Assembly (NCBI GenBank): GCA_039793445.1
Contig: JBAMLS010000012.1
Location: 21,225-79,865, forward strand
Length of the DNA stretch: 58,641 bases
Reading direction: 5' to 3'
Source: Minisyncoccales bacterium
Lineage (GTDB): Bacteria; Patescibacteriota; Minisyncoccia; Minisyncoccales; JBAMLS01
This document shows, piece after piece, positions 28,638 through 37,993 of this stretch; position 1 is the first letter of the stretch, and the number at the start of each line of letters is the position of its first letter. The notes below the pieces were generated by a model that was given only the letters and a program-made list of their open reading frames with translations, was not told where the DNA came from and ran no database searches. A program made the position numbers and the translations under genes.

Positions 28638-29711
28638 TTAAATAAATTCTTCGTTTAAATTTTTAATTAAAACTTCTTTCCAATAAGAAAAATTCTCAAG
28701 TATTATACCTCCCCCTCTAACTACAGCTGTTAAGGGATCTTCTACTATTTTTACCGGTAATTTCGTGTGCTGTTTAATAAGTAAATCAATGTTCCTTAAA
28801 AGAGCGCTTCCACCAACTAAATATATTCCTTCTTGCATAATATCAGCCAATAATTCTGGGGGAGTGTCATCTATTGTATTTTTTGCAGCTTCAACAATAT
28901 GGTTTAAAGATTTTTCTATTGCCTCTCTTATATCTTCAGATGTAATTATAATTTCTTCTGGAAGACCAGTAAATAAATTTCTTCCTCTTATTGCTGTTGT
29001 CAGTTTTTCTTTTGTTGGTAGGGCAGAACCTATAGTAATTTTTGCTTCTTCTGCAGTTCTTTCACCAATTAATAATTTATATTTCTCTTGCATATATTGA
29101 ATAATATCTTGATTAAATTGATCTCCGGCTATTTTTAAACTTCTAAAAGTAACAATGCCATTTAAAGAAATTACCGCAATTTCAGTTGTCCCTCCTCCCA
29201 TATCAATTATAAAAAGGCCTTTTGCTTCTTGAATGGGCAATTTAGCTCCTATGGCTGCTGCCAGAGGTTCTTCAATTAAAAAAACTTCGCTAGCTCCTGC
29301 GTTTCTTGCTGCCCTCTCTACCGCTCTTCTTTCCACTTCGGTTGTTCCGCAAGGAATTCCAATTATTACTCTTGGAAAAAATGGAAAAATAGAAAATTTT
29401 TTTTCCTGAATTTTAGAAAAAAAGTATTTTAACATTTGTTCAGTAATTTCAAAATCTGAAATCACCCCTCTTTCCAAGGGTTTAATAGCTACAATATGAG
29501 AAGGTGTTCTTCCTACCATTATTTTCGCTTCTTTTCCCACAGCTAAAATTTGTCCTGTTTTTTGATTAATAGCAACTACGGAAGGTTCTTGAATAATAAT
29601 GCCCTTTCCTTTTAAATAAACTAAAGAATTTGCCGTCCCCAAATCAATAGCTACATCTTTGGTAAAAAAATTTAAAAAATTATTTTTTTTTAAAAGTTTA
29701 TTTATCTTCAT
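28638..29711 (-). CDS. mreB: Actin-like rod-shape protein MreB, paralog 1 (N-terminal extension)
   Basis: 357 aa. VAIDLGTANSLVY, EPSVVAI, VGRTPSHIVAIKPLERGVISDF, DMGGGTTEIAVISL and GGSALLRNID. Confidence 0.9.
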   Translation of the reverse strand: MKINKLLKKNNFLNFFTKDVAIDLGTANSLVYLKGKGIIIQEPSVVAINQKTGQILAVGKEAKIMVGRTPSHIVAIKPLERGVISDFEITEQMLKYFFSKIQEKKFSIFPFFPRVIIGIPCGTTEVERRAVERAARNAGASEVFLIEEPLAAAIGAKLPIQEAKGLFIIDMGGGTTEIAVISLNGIVTFRSLKIAGDQFNQDIIQYMQEKYKLLIGERTAEEAKITIGSALPTKEKLTTAIRGRNLFTGLPEEIIITSEDIREAIEKSLNHIVEAAKNTIDDTPPELLADIMQEGIYLVGGSALLRNIDLLIKQHTKLPVKIVEDPLTAVVRGGGIILENFSYWKEVLIKNLNEEFI

Positions 29712-29719
29712 GTTTATTT

Positions 29720-30973
29720 TTAAAGTATTAAAAGATTTTTTAAAATTTTTATTAAATTTGAAATTCTAATTAATTTTTTTACTTTTTTATTTCTTTCTTT
29801 TAATTCAACTGAATTTTCTTTTAATGTTTTTTCGCTTACTATAATTCTTATTGGAATACCAATTAAATCACAATCTTTTAAAATTTCACCAACTGATTTA
29901 TTTTTTCTATCATCATAAAGAACCTCAATTTTTTCTTTTTGTAAGGTATCATATAATTTTTTAGCAGTTTTATCAATGTTTTTTTGAGTTCCTATTGGAA
30001 TTAAATGAACATCGAAAGGGGCAACTATTTTGGGCCACAAAATACCAGCTTCGTCATGAAATAATTCTACAATTGTTCCCATTAATCTACCCAAACCGAT
30101 ACCATAACATCCCATTTGAACTAATTTTTTTTCGCCATTTTTATCAGTAAAGTATAATTGAAATGGCTCAGAAAATTTTGTTTTTAATTTAAAAATATTT
30201 CCAATCTCTATTGCTTTTTCTTGTTTTAAATTCTTATTACCACAAATAGGACAAGCAAAGGTTTCGTTTATTATTTCTTTATTAATTGCAATCTTGCATT
30301 TTTCGCAGATAAAAATTGTATCTTCTCCAGCTTTGGTAATAACCTGAAATTCATGAGAATATTTTGAAAAAGAACCACCTGAAGCATAAGTTAAATAGGT
30401 ATAATTTTTAATACCAATTTTTTTAAATATCTCAAAATAACTTTTTTTTACTATTTCATAATAAACATCTAAATCTTTTTCATTTTCATGAAAAGAATAT
30501 AAATCTTTCATTATAAATTCTCTTTGTCTTAATAAGCCAGATTTTGCTCTTTTTTCTTTTCTAAATTTTGTTTGAATTTGAAAAAGATATAATGGCAAAT
30601 CTTTATATGTTTGAATAAAGTTTTTTGCTAATGGCACAACAATTTCTTCATGAGTAGGACCCAAAGCAAATTCTTTATTATTTACCCTTAACTTATAAAG
30701 ATCATCCATTGTCTCCCATCTCCCTGTTTTTTTCCAATATTCTTTCGGATGCAAGGCTGGCATTAAAATTTCTTGACCCCCTATTTTTTCCATTTCTTTT
30801 CTAATTACACCCTCAATTTTTTTTAAAACTCTAAAACCTAGGGGCAAAAAAGAATAAATACCAGCAGCGGTTTTTGTTATAAAACCAGCTTTTTGCAAGA
30901 AATATTCATTAATACTAATATCTTCTCTTGAAGAAAATTTTTGGGTTTTACCAAATAATTTTGATTGTAACAT
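29720..30973 (-). CDS. proS: Proline--tRNA ligase, bacterial-type core lacking the INS editing domain
   Basis: 417 aa. AGIYSFLPLGFRVLKKIE, LGPTHEEIV, FQIQTKFRKEKRAKSGLLRQREFIMKDLYSF and SHEFQV..AGED align with E. coli ProRS motifs. Where INS sits there is only a CxxC-14-CxxC knuckle (C223, C226, C241, C244). Confidence 0.9.
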   Translation of the reverse strand: MLQSKLFGKTQKFSSREDISINEYFLQKAGFITKTAAGIYSFLPLGFRVLKKIEGVIRKEMEKIGGQEILMPALHPKEYWKKTGRWETMDDLYKLRVNNKEFALGPTHEEIVVPLAKNFIQTYKDLPLYLFQIQTKFRKEKRAKSGLLRQREFIMKDLYSFHENEKDLDVYYEIVKKSYFEIFKKIGIKNYTYLTYASGGSFSKYSHEFQVITKAGEDTIFICEKCKIAINKEIINETFACPICGNKNLKQEKAIEIGNIFKLKTKFSEPFQLYFTDKNGEKKLVQMGCYGIGLGRLMGTIVELFHDEAGILWPKIVAPFDVHLIPIGTQKNIDKTAKKLYDTLQKEKIEVLYDDRKNKSVGEILKDCDLIGIPIRIIVSEKTLKENSVELKERNKKVKKLIRISNLIKILKNLLIL

Positions 30974-30974
30974 A

Positions 30975-32051
30975 TTAATGTATAATTTTTAGAATATCAT
31001 TTGCTGTTACAAAAATCATTAAAATTAGTAAAATAAAGAAGAAAAATAAAGTAATATTTTGTTCTAATTTATTATTAATTGGTTTTTTTCTTATTGATTC
31101 AATCAAAAGGAACAATAATTTTCCTCCGTCTAAAGCTGGAATTGGCAATAAGTTAAAAACAGCAAAATGGATAGAAATTAAGGCAAAGATCCATAAAAAA
31201 TAACTAAAACCTAAATTTAAAGAATCATAAAAAATTATACTTACCCCAATTGGTCCAACTAAAGCAACGTTTTTAGGAATTTTATGAGAAAAAATAATTT
31301 CTTTTAAAATATTAAAAATCGATCTAACCACAAAACCTGTAAATTTAACTGTATTTTTTGCACCCTCAAAAGGCGCTAAATAAAATGGTTTTTTAACAAA
31401 AGCTATTCTTGTAATCATAACCCCTAAAACCGCTTTTTCTTTTTGATTTGGAAGATCTAATATTTTTGTTAAAATCTGGTTATTTCTTTTAATTTTTAAC
31501 TCAATTTTTTCTCCTTGGTTATTTTTAATAAAATTTTGCAAATCAGATGTTTTTTCAATTTTAATATCACCTTTTGTTGATTTTACTTGTAAAATTATAT
31601 CTCCATTTTTTATGCCATACTTTTCAGCAATTGAATTATTAACTACCTTAACTACAACTACTTTAGCATTTTTAACAAAATCATTATCTCCTATAGCAAC
31701 AGGCTCTCCCAATATAGAAACAAAAGAAAATAAACAAAAAGAAATTAACCAAAATGATAAAACTCCCCCTAAAATAATTAAAAATCTTTGCCATATTGGT
31801 TTATTAGAAAAACTTAAATCATCTTCAATCCCCCCTATTTCCCCTTTTACTTTTACAAAAGCGCCAAATGGAAATAAATTTAAAGAATAAACTACATCAC
31901 CTATTTTTTTTGCAAATAATCTTGGTGGATAACCTATACCAAATTCTTCAACTTCTACACCAAATTTTTTAGCAATATAAAAATGACCAAATTCATGCAA
32001 AATTACCAAACCTATTAAAGAGAAAAAAATAATTATAAAAATCCAAAACAT
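30975..32051 (-). CDS. rseP: Site-2 protease RseP-like (M50 zinc metalloprotease with PDZ)
   Basis: HEFGHF at the N-terminus, a PDZ-like middle (AEKYGIKNGDIIL) and the NLLPIPALDGG motif. Confidence 0.85.
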   Translation of the reverse strand: MFWIFIIIFFSLIGLVILHEFGHFYIAKKFGVEVEEFGIGYPPRLFAKKIGDVVYSLNLFPFGAFVKVKGEIGGIEDDLSFSNKPIWQRFLIILGGVLSFWLISFCLFSFVSILGEPVAIGDNDFVKNAKVVVVKVVNNSIAEKYGIKNGDIILQVKSTKGDIKIEKTSDLQNFIKNNQGEKIELKIKRNNQILTKILDLPNQKEKAVLGVMITRIAFVKKPFYLAPFEGAKNTVKFTGFVVRSIFNILKEIIFSHKIPKNVALVGPIGVSIIFYDSLNLGFSYFLWIFALISIHFAVFNLLPIPALDGGKLLFLLIESIRKKPINNKLEQNITLFFFFILLILMIFVTANDILKIIH

Positions 32052-32067
32052 AAAATTAAATTATAAT

Positions 32068-32625
32068 TTATTGTTCTAATTCCTTTTCCTTTCGCTCTTT
32101 TAATTCCTCAAATTTTTCATCATATTCTCTAAAAAGTTTATCTATTTTTTCTTTAATTTTAAATTTTTCATCTTCTTTTATTTTTCCCTCTATCTCTTGT
32201 TGCTGAACTTCTTTAATAATTTCGTCTCTTACCTTTCTCATTTCTTGATAATGTTTTTCTTTTCTTTCTATAATATTTTTAACTATTGCTTTTTTAGTTT
32301 CTTCATCTAACTTTGGAAATGACAAATAAATTTTATTTTTTTCTATTTTTAAACCAAAACCTAAATTTCTTTGTTCAATAGCTTTTACAACGCTGTGAAC
32401 ATAACTTTCATCCCATAAAGAAATTTCTATTTCTCTTGAATTTAAAACACCAATAATTCCTAATTGTTTAATAGGTAAGTTTTGACCAAAATAATCAACT
32501 TTTATATTTTCAATTAAAGCAATAGGAACAGTATTTGATCTTGCTTGTAATAAAAAATTTTTAAATTCAGATAAAATATTTTCAAATTTTTCTTTTGTTT
32601 TATTATAAAATTCATCTATTACCAT
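32068..32625 (-). CDS. frr: Ribosome recycling factor
   Basis: 185 aa. ..LPIKQLGIIGV...REIEISLWD.S....V.KAI....LGF.. and ..IRKVRDE.. match the RRF pattern. Confidence 0.92.
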   Translation of the reverse strand: MVIDEFYNKTKEKFENILSEFKNFLLQARSNTVPIALIENIKVDYFGQNLPIKQLGIIGVLNSREIEISLWDESYVHSVVKAIEQRNLGFGLKIEKNKIYLSFPKLDEETKKAIVKNIIERKEKHYQEMRKVRDEIIKEVQQQEIEGKIKEDEKFKIKEKIDKLFREYDEKFEELKERKEKELEQ

Positions 32626-32628
32626 ATT

Positions 32629-33495
32629 TTATTTTAAATTTAAAATTAAATTTTCAATTGCCAACCTTTCGTTAATATTTTTTATAAAAATATTGTTTTT
32701 TAAATCAATAGCAAATTCAAGTATTCTTTTTATTTCTAAAAAATCATATTTTTCAAGAAACCTATAATCTTCAAAAGGAAGAATAATATTTCTTATACCA
32801 ATTTTATATAATAAAATAATTCTTAAAAAACAAATTATGTCATCAAATAATTTAATTATTTTTTCTTTTTTTCCTAATTTTTTTTCTTTAATATTTTCTA
32901 AAAACGAATTTAGAAACAAAAATTTTGCTACAAGATCATAATTTCCAAAAATTTTTTCTAAAAAAACGAAATTTTCTTTTGAAATAAAATTGTTTTCAAA
33001 AGATGGAAATTTTAATATTATTCCCCTAGAAATAATTGTTTCTTTTAATTTTCGAAAGTTATCAACTAATAGAATAAATATAATTTGATTACCCGCTCCC
33101 TCTTCTAAGATTTTTAAAAGAGCATTTTGGGAAAAATCATTCATTAATTGGGCTGATTTTATAATAACAATTTTAAATTCTGAAATAAAAGGTTTAAAAT
33201 TTAATTTTTCTTTTAATTCTCTAATATACTCTATTGAAATTTCATTTTTATCTCCCGGCGAGATAAAAATTAAATCTGGAAATTGTTTTTTTTCGATAGC
33301 TTCACAAAAATAACATTTTTGACAAGATTTACCATTATTTGTTTTTTCTTGACAATTTATATTTTTAACAAATTCTATCGCGATTTTTTCTAATTTATCT
33401 AAATCTCTGCCTGAAAATATTAAAACTCTTGGAATTTCTTTTTTAAAAGTAAGTTTATTTAAAAAGTCCCGTTGAAAATTATATTCTTCAAACAT
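32629..33495 (-). CDS. holB: DNA polymerase III delta-prime subunit-like (clamp-loader AAA+)
   Basis: 288 aa. Cys cluster CQEK....SCQKCYFCEAIEKKQFPDLIFI and SAQLMNDFSQNALLKILEE (sensor region) are typical of HolB. The Walker A is degenerate, as expected for delta-prime. Confidence 0.65.
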   Translation of the reverse strand: MFEEYNFQRDFLNKLTFKKEIPRVLIFSGRDLDKLEKIAIEFVKNINCQEKTNNGKSCQKCYFCEAIEKKQFPDLIFISPGDKNEISIEYIRELKEKLNFKPFISEFKIVIIKSAQLMNDFSQNALLKILEEGAGNQIIFILLVDNFRKLKETIISRGIILKFPSFENNFISKENFVFLEKIFGNYDLVAKFLFLNSFLENIKEKKLGKKEKIIKLFDDIICFLRIILLYKIGIRNIILPFEDYRFLEKYDFLEIKRILEFAIDLKNNIFIKNINERLAIENLILNLK

Positions 33496-34498
33496 TTTTT
33501 GAGGTTAAACTTTTTTTATAAAGTTCTAAATTATCTAAAACAATACCAATACCTTTTATTACACAATACAAAGGTTCATCGGCAACAAAACATGGCACAC
33601 CAATTTCTTTTGAAATTAAAATATCTAAATTTCTTAATAAAGAACTCCCCCCTGAAATAATAATACCCTTATTCATAATATCAGCTGATAACTCTGGAGG
33701 GGTTTCTCTTAAAACATTTTTTATAGCAAAAATTATTTGCCCTAAAACATCTTTAATTGCGCCAGCTACCTCATTTGAACTAATTCTTATATCCTTTGGT
33801 AAACCTGATATTAAATCTCTACCCCTTACCGTCATTGTCTCTTCTTTTTTTTGAAAAATTGCCTGTCCTATTTTTATTTTTATTTCTTCGGCTGTTTGAA
33901 TACCTATAGCCAAATTATATTGTTTTTTTACATAATCTTTTATTGCCAAATCCATTTTATCACCCGCCACCCTAATTGAACTCCAAGCAACAATCCCACC
34001 CAAAGAAATTACCGCAATTTCAGTTGTTCCTCCACCTATATTAACAATCATATTGCCTTGAAATGAATAAATTGGAATGCCAGCTCCAATTGCCGCTAAA
34101 ATAGGTTCTTTTACAAGATAACAATTTTTTGCTCCAGAAGAAATAGCAGCTTCTATTATTGCTCTCTGCTCAGTTGAGGTACTACCAGCTGGTGTAGATA
34201 TAACAACATCAGGTTTAATAAATTTAAAATATCCTAAAGTTTTAGAAATAAAATATTTTAACATTGCTTTTGTTACCTGATAATCAGCAATAACCCCATC
34301 CTTTAATGGCCTATATACAACTATATTATCTGGTGTTCTGCCAATCATTACCTTAGCTTCGGTGCCAACCGCTAATATTTTTTTTTCAGGTTTTGATATT
34401 GCAACAACTGATGGCTCTCCAAAAACAATCCCCTTTTTTGGAACAAAAACCCAACTATTACAAGTTCCTAAATCTATTCCAATTTTTTTAGTCACCAT
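33488..34498 (-). CDS. mreB: Actin-like rod-shape protein MreB, paralog 2
   Basis: 336 aa. IGIDLGTCNSWVF, EPSVVAI, IGRTPDNIVVYRPLKDGVIADY, NIGGGTTEIAVISLGG and GGSSLLRNLD. Confidence 0.92.
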   Translation of the reverse strand: MVTKKIGIDLGTCNSWVFVPKKGIVFGEPSVVAISKPEKKILAVGTEAKVMIGRTPDNIVVYRPLKDGVIADYQVTKAMLKYFISKTLGYFKFIKPDVVISTPAGSTSTEQRAIIEAAISSGAKNCYLVKEPILAAIGAGIPIYSFQGNMIVNIGGGTTEIAVISLGGIVAWSSIRVAGDKMDLAIKDYVKKQYNLAIGIQTAEEIKIKIGQAIFQKKEETMTVRGRDLISGLPKDIRISSNEVAGAIKDVLGQIIFAIKNVLRETPPELSADIMNKGIIISGGSSLLRNLDILISKEIGVPCFVADEPLYCVIKGIGIVLDNLELYKKSLTSKNV

Positions 34499-34514
34499 AT
34501 AATTTAATATAATT

Positions 34515-35780
34515 TTATTGTCTTGAAATTAAAGCACCAATTTTTTGTAATCTACTTTCCAAATTTTCATAACCACGATCAATTTGATTTATATCTTCAA
34601 TTATTGACTTTCCTTTAGCAATTAAAGCAGCTATCAATAAAGAAGCGCCTGCTCTTATATCAGAAGAATTTATTTTTGTTCCTTTTAGTTCTGTTGGTCC
34701 AAAAATAAAAACTCTATGTGGATCAACTATTTCGATATCAGCTCCCATTTTTTTTAACTCCTGAACAAACCCCAATCTATTTTCATAAAGTGGGTCGTGA
34801 ATTAAACTTTTACCTTTAGATTGTGTTAATAATGGTATCATTAATGGTAAAATATCTGTTGGAAAACCAGGATAAGGCAATGCTTGAATTTGTGATGAAA
34901 AAAATGGTTTATTTTGTTTATTAAAAATAACACAGTTTTTTTCTTTTTCAAAATTAATTCCTATTCTCTTTAAAATTTCAAAAAATATTTCTAAATGTTC
35001 AAAAACAATATTTTTTATTTTTAATTTTTCTCCTAATAAAGACCCTAAAATCACAAAAGTAGCAGCTTCAATATAATCTGGTATAATTTTTATATCACCA
35101 CCTTTTAAATCTTTTTTACCTTCTATTTCAAAAGTATGATCGTGTAAAATTTTAACATTCACTCCCATTTTTTTTAAAAAATTTGCTAAAAAAACAACAT
35201 GAGGCTCTATTGCTCCGCATTTTATAATGGTTTTTCCATTCGCCAAAGAACTTAATAAAAGAAGATTTTCAGTTGCCGTTACACTTAATTCAGTTAATAC
35301 AATTTTTCCTGGTTTTATTTTTTTTCTTTCAAAATAATAAAATTCTCCATCTTCTTGTACATTTATACCTAATTTTTTCATTGCTTCTAAATGAGTTGTT
35401 ATTGGTCTTACGCCAATTCTATCTCCCCCTGGTTTTGATATTTTAATTTTTTCAAAACGAGTCAATAATGCCCCAATTAATAAAACGCTTAAACGTATTT
35501 TTTCTACTTTCTTATAATCAATTTTTTCAGGATCCAAATTTTTTGTATTTATCTTTACAGTTCTTTCGTCCAACCAGATTACATCTGTCCCCATTTCTTT
35601 TAAAATATCTAAAAATAATAAAATATCTAAAATATGAGGCAAATTAGAAATTACACAATCTTTTTTTGTTAATATAGTTGCAGCCAAAATGGGGCCGGCG
35701 GCATTTTTAGAACCTAACACTTCAATTTCTCCCGTTAATTTTTTTTCACCATAAACAATAAATTTTTCTTTTTCTTGCAT
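34515..35780 (-). CDS. murA: UDP-N-acetylglucosamine 1-carboxyvinyltransferase
   Basis: 421 aa. GSKNAAGPILAATIL, ..GGDRIGVRPI.. (position of the active-site loop), FPTDILP, RAGASLLIAAL and IDRGYEN. Confidence 0.95.
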   Translation of the reverse strand: MQEKEKFIVYGEKKLTGEIEVLGSKNAAGPILAATILTKKDCVISNLPHILDILLFLDILKEMGTDVIWLDERTVKINTKNLDPEKIDYKKVEKIRLSVLLIGALLTRFEKIKISKPGGDRIGVRPITTHLEAMKKLGINVQEDGEFYYFERKKIKPGKIVLTELSVTATENLLLLSSLANGKTIIKCGAIEPHVVFLANFLKKMGVNVKILHDHTFEIEGKKDLKGGDIKIIPDYIEAATFVILGSLLGEKLKIKNIVFEHLEIFFEILKRIGINFEKEKNCVIFNKQNKPFFSSQIQALPYPGFPTDILPLMIPLLTQSKGKSLIHDPLYENRLGFVQELKKMGADIEIVDPHRVFIFGPTELKGTKINSSDIRAGASLLIAALIAKGKSIIEDINQIDRGYENLESRLQKIGALISRQ

Positions 35781-35850
35781 AATTATTTCTTAATGATAAC
35801 CTAAAAATAAAAAATCTGCAAGGGAGATATTTATAAATATTTAAGTTTTT

Positions 35851-35859
35851 TGTTATAAT
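35851..35859 (+). promoter_or_regulatory. Extended -10 element (TGtTATAAT) placed for a leaderless or near-leaderless transcript
   Basis: TGTTATAAT ends 6 nt before the ATG at 35866. No SD is possible in that space. Confidence 0.35.
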
Positions 35860-35865
35860 AAAAAT

Positions 35866-37215
35866 ATGAAATTAGAAATTAAAAGAATTATTTTACTAAT
35901 AAATATTATAAGTTTTTTAATAGCTGTTCCTTTTTTAATATTTTATGCTGAAGGAAAAAAAATTATTTTTCCTAAAAATAAAATTATTTACACAGGTGGC
36001 ATCTATATCCAAAGCCCGCAAAAAAATTTAAGTATTTTTTTAAATAATAAAAAAATTGGAAGTATTAATATTTTAAAGTCATCTTTTTTTTATAACCAAT
36101 TAGAACCCAAAAATTATCTTTTAACAATTAAAAAAAATGGTTTTTTACCAGTGAATTTAGATATTCAAATAAATAAGGGGTTTGTAAATAATTATTTTGA
36201 TGTTCTTTTGCTAAAAAATAACCCAAAGTTCTTTCCACTAAAAGAAAATGTCGATAAAATTTTAGATATTCGTTATTACAATAATAAAACTTTGATTTAT
36301 ACTCTAGAAAATGACGAATATAATCTTTATTTAGTATCAAATAATTCACTTTCTGAAATTGCCAATAGCAAAAATTATTTTTTAGTTAGAGCAGCCCACT
36401 TTAACGATTTTCAAAATAGTTTGATTTTAGAATTTAATTTACAACCTCAAAAATATTTTTTTCAATTAATTAATCTTCAAAATGAAAATATTAAAGAAAA
36501 TATAAACTTTAATCTACCATTTAATCCAGATATTATTTTTTCTTATCCTTATTTAAACTACGAAATTTTTTACCTTTATAATAAAAAACTTATAAAGTAT
36601 AATTTAAAATCAAAAGAAAAAATAGAAATAGCAAATAATGTAATATCATTTTTTCCTGACCAAGAAAAAATATTTTACCTTACAGATAATGGTTTTTTAG
36701 TTGAGCTAAATATTTATAATAATTCAAAAGGTATATTAAATAATAAACCATTTTTTAATATAAAAAATAAAAATTTTTCAATTATAAATTTAGAAGATAA
36801 AAATTTTATTTTTTCAAAAGATGGAATTTTTTTAATAGAAAATGGAGAAATTACAAAAATTTTTAAAGGCGCTGATAATTTTATTATATCTCCAAATAAA
36901 AAAAGAATTATTTTTAATTTTAATAATGAGTTATATTGTTTACAAAAAAAATATAATAATAATTCGCAATTTGAATTTATATTTTTAGATAGATCGTCTA
37001 CTCATTCTTTTAATTTCTTTTGGGTATCTAATAATAACTTTATATTAATTAAAGAAAATATTTTGAAATTATTTTATTTAAATGAAATAGAAAAAATATA
37101 TTTTTGTACTTCTTATTTTATAGTTCCGGAAAAAATTTTATTTTATAATTCTCAAGATAAAACACTTTATTTAAATAATAATAAAAAAATTTTAAAATCT
37201 GAGGCAATATTTTAG
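35866..37215 (+). CDS. Membrane-anchored PEGA-domain protein with beta-rich C-terminal region
   Basis: 449 aa. N-terminal TM helix. IYIQSPQKNLSIFLNNKKIG....LEPKNYLLTIKKNGFLPVNLDIQI resembles a PEGA domain. The remainder is repetitive and N/Y/F-rich. Confidence 0.5.
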   Translation: MKLEIKRIILLINIISFLIAVPFLIFYAEGKKIIFPKNKIIYTGGIYIQSPQKNLSIFLNNKKIGSINILKSSFFYNQLEPKNYLLTIKKNGFLPVNLDIQINKGFVNNYFDVLLLKNNPKFFPLKENVDKILDIRYYNNKTLIYTLENDEYNLYLVSNNSLSEIANSKNYFLVRAAHFNDFQNSLILEFNLQPQKYFFQLINLQNENIKENINFNLPFNPDIIFSYPYLNYEIFYLYNKKLIKYNLKSKEKIEIANNVISFFPDQEKIFYLTDNGFLVELNIYNNSKGILNNKPFFNIKNKNFSIINLEDKNFIFSKDGIFLIENGEITKIFKGADNFIISPNKKRIIFNFNNELYCLQKKYNNNSQFEFIFLDRSSTHSFNFFWVSNNNFILIKENILKLFYLNEIEKIYFCTSYFIVPEKILFYNSQDKTLYLNNNKKILKSEAIF

Positions 37216-37931
37216 GCTTCTTTTGTAAAAACATTACTTGGATCTAAAACTTCATTTTTTTTAATTACGATTTCCTTAAATTTTTCCCAATCTAAAGTAT
37301 CTTTACCAGCTAATTTACAAATTTCTTTAAATTGACAATATCTACATTGCCAATTATCGGGATAATCTTTTAATCTTTCAGGAATAATATTTTTGTCTAT
37401 TTTTTCTTTTAATTTCTCTAAATCGCTTATTAATGAATCACAAAGCTCTTTGTTATAATCAACAAAAAACTCTTTTAAAGCTAAAGTATCTTTATCTACA
37501 TAAAGAAGTATTCCTTTGGGTATTTTAAAATAGTGTAAATAAAGTTGAATTTGGTTTATATGTTCTATTTTAGGCTCAGACAGTTCTCTAAATAACATAC
37601 TGTTCATGCTTTTGAAATCTACAACATAAAGTTCATTATTTAAGGTCAAAATAGCATCAGCTCTTCCTGAAATTATTTCTTGGGGTGGAATATTAACTTC
37701 TGATGCTCTTACCAATCCTAAACTTATTAAAACATTCATCATTTGCATTTGAATATAATCTCCATGTTCATATAATCTTAAAATTCTTGCCTCTGCTTCT
37801 TCTCTTGGAGCATTTTTGAATTTAAAAAAAATACTTCTCGGACACTTTCCGGCATCAGTAATATAAAAATGAGTTTGGTTTTTATCTCTATTTTTATCTA
37901 AATAAAATTTATCAATTAATTCTTTTAACAT
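37212..37931 (-). CDS. PD-(D/E)XK nuclease, Cas4/RecB-like with 4-Cys cluster
   Basis: 239 aa. ITDAGKCPR (first Cys), GRADAI...VVDFKS (D...D/ExK), QIQLYLHY (QxxxY) and the C-terminal CRYCQFKEIC. Confidence 0.75.
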   Translation of the reverse strand: MLKELIDKFYLDKNRDKNQTHFYITDAGKCPRSIFFKFKNAPREEAEARILRLYEHGDYIQMQMMNVLISLGLVRASEVNIPPQEIISGRADAILTLNNELYVVDFKSMNSMLFRELSEPKIEHINQIQLYLHYFKIPKGILLYVDKDTLALKEFFVDYNKELCDSLISDLEKLKEKIDKNIIPERLKDYPDNWQCRYCQFKEICKLAGKDTLDWEKFKEIVIKKNEVLDPSNVFTKEA

Positions 37932-37993
37932 AAAAATATTTTAAAAAGGATTTAATCAATTTTATCTTCAAAAATTTAATTCTTTTATAAAAA

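Noticed and set aside
37212-37993. A CRISPR array or cas operon next to the Cas4-like gene.
   Set aside because: No direct repeats of CRISPR size or spacing are visible in the flanks or anywhere in the window. The neighbours are rpsI and a PEGA-domain gene.
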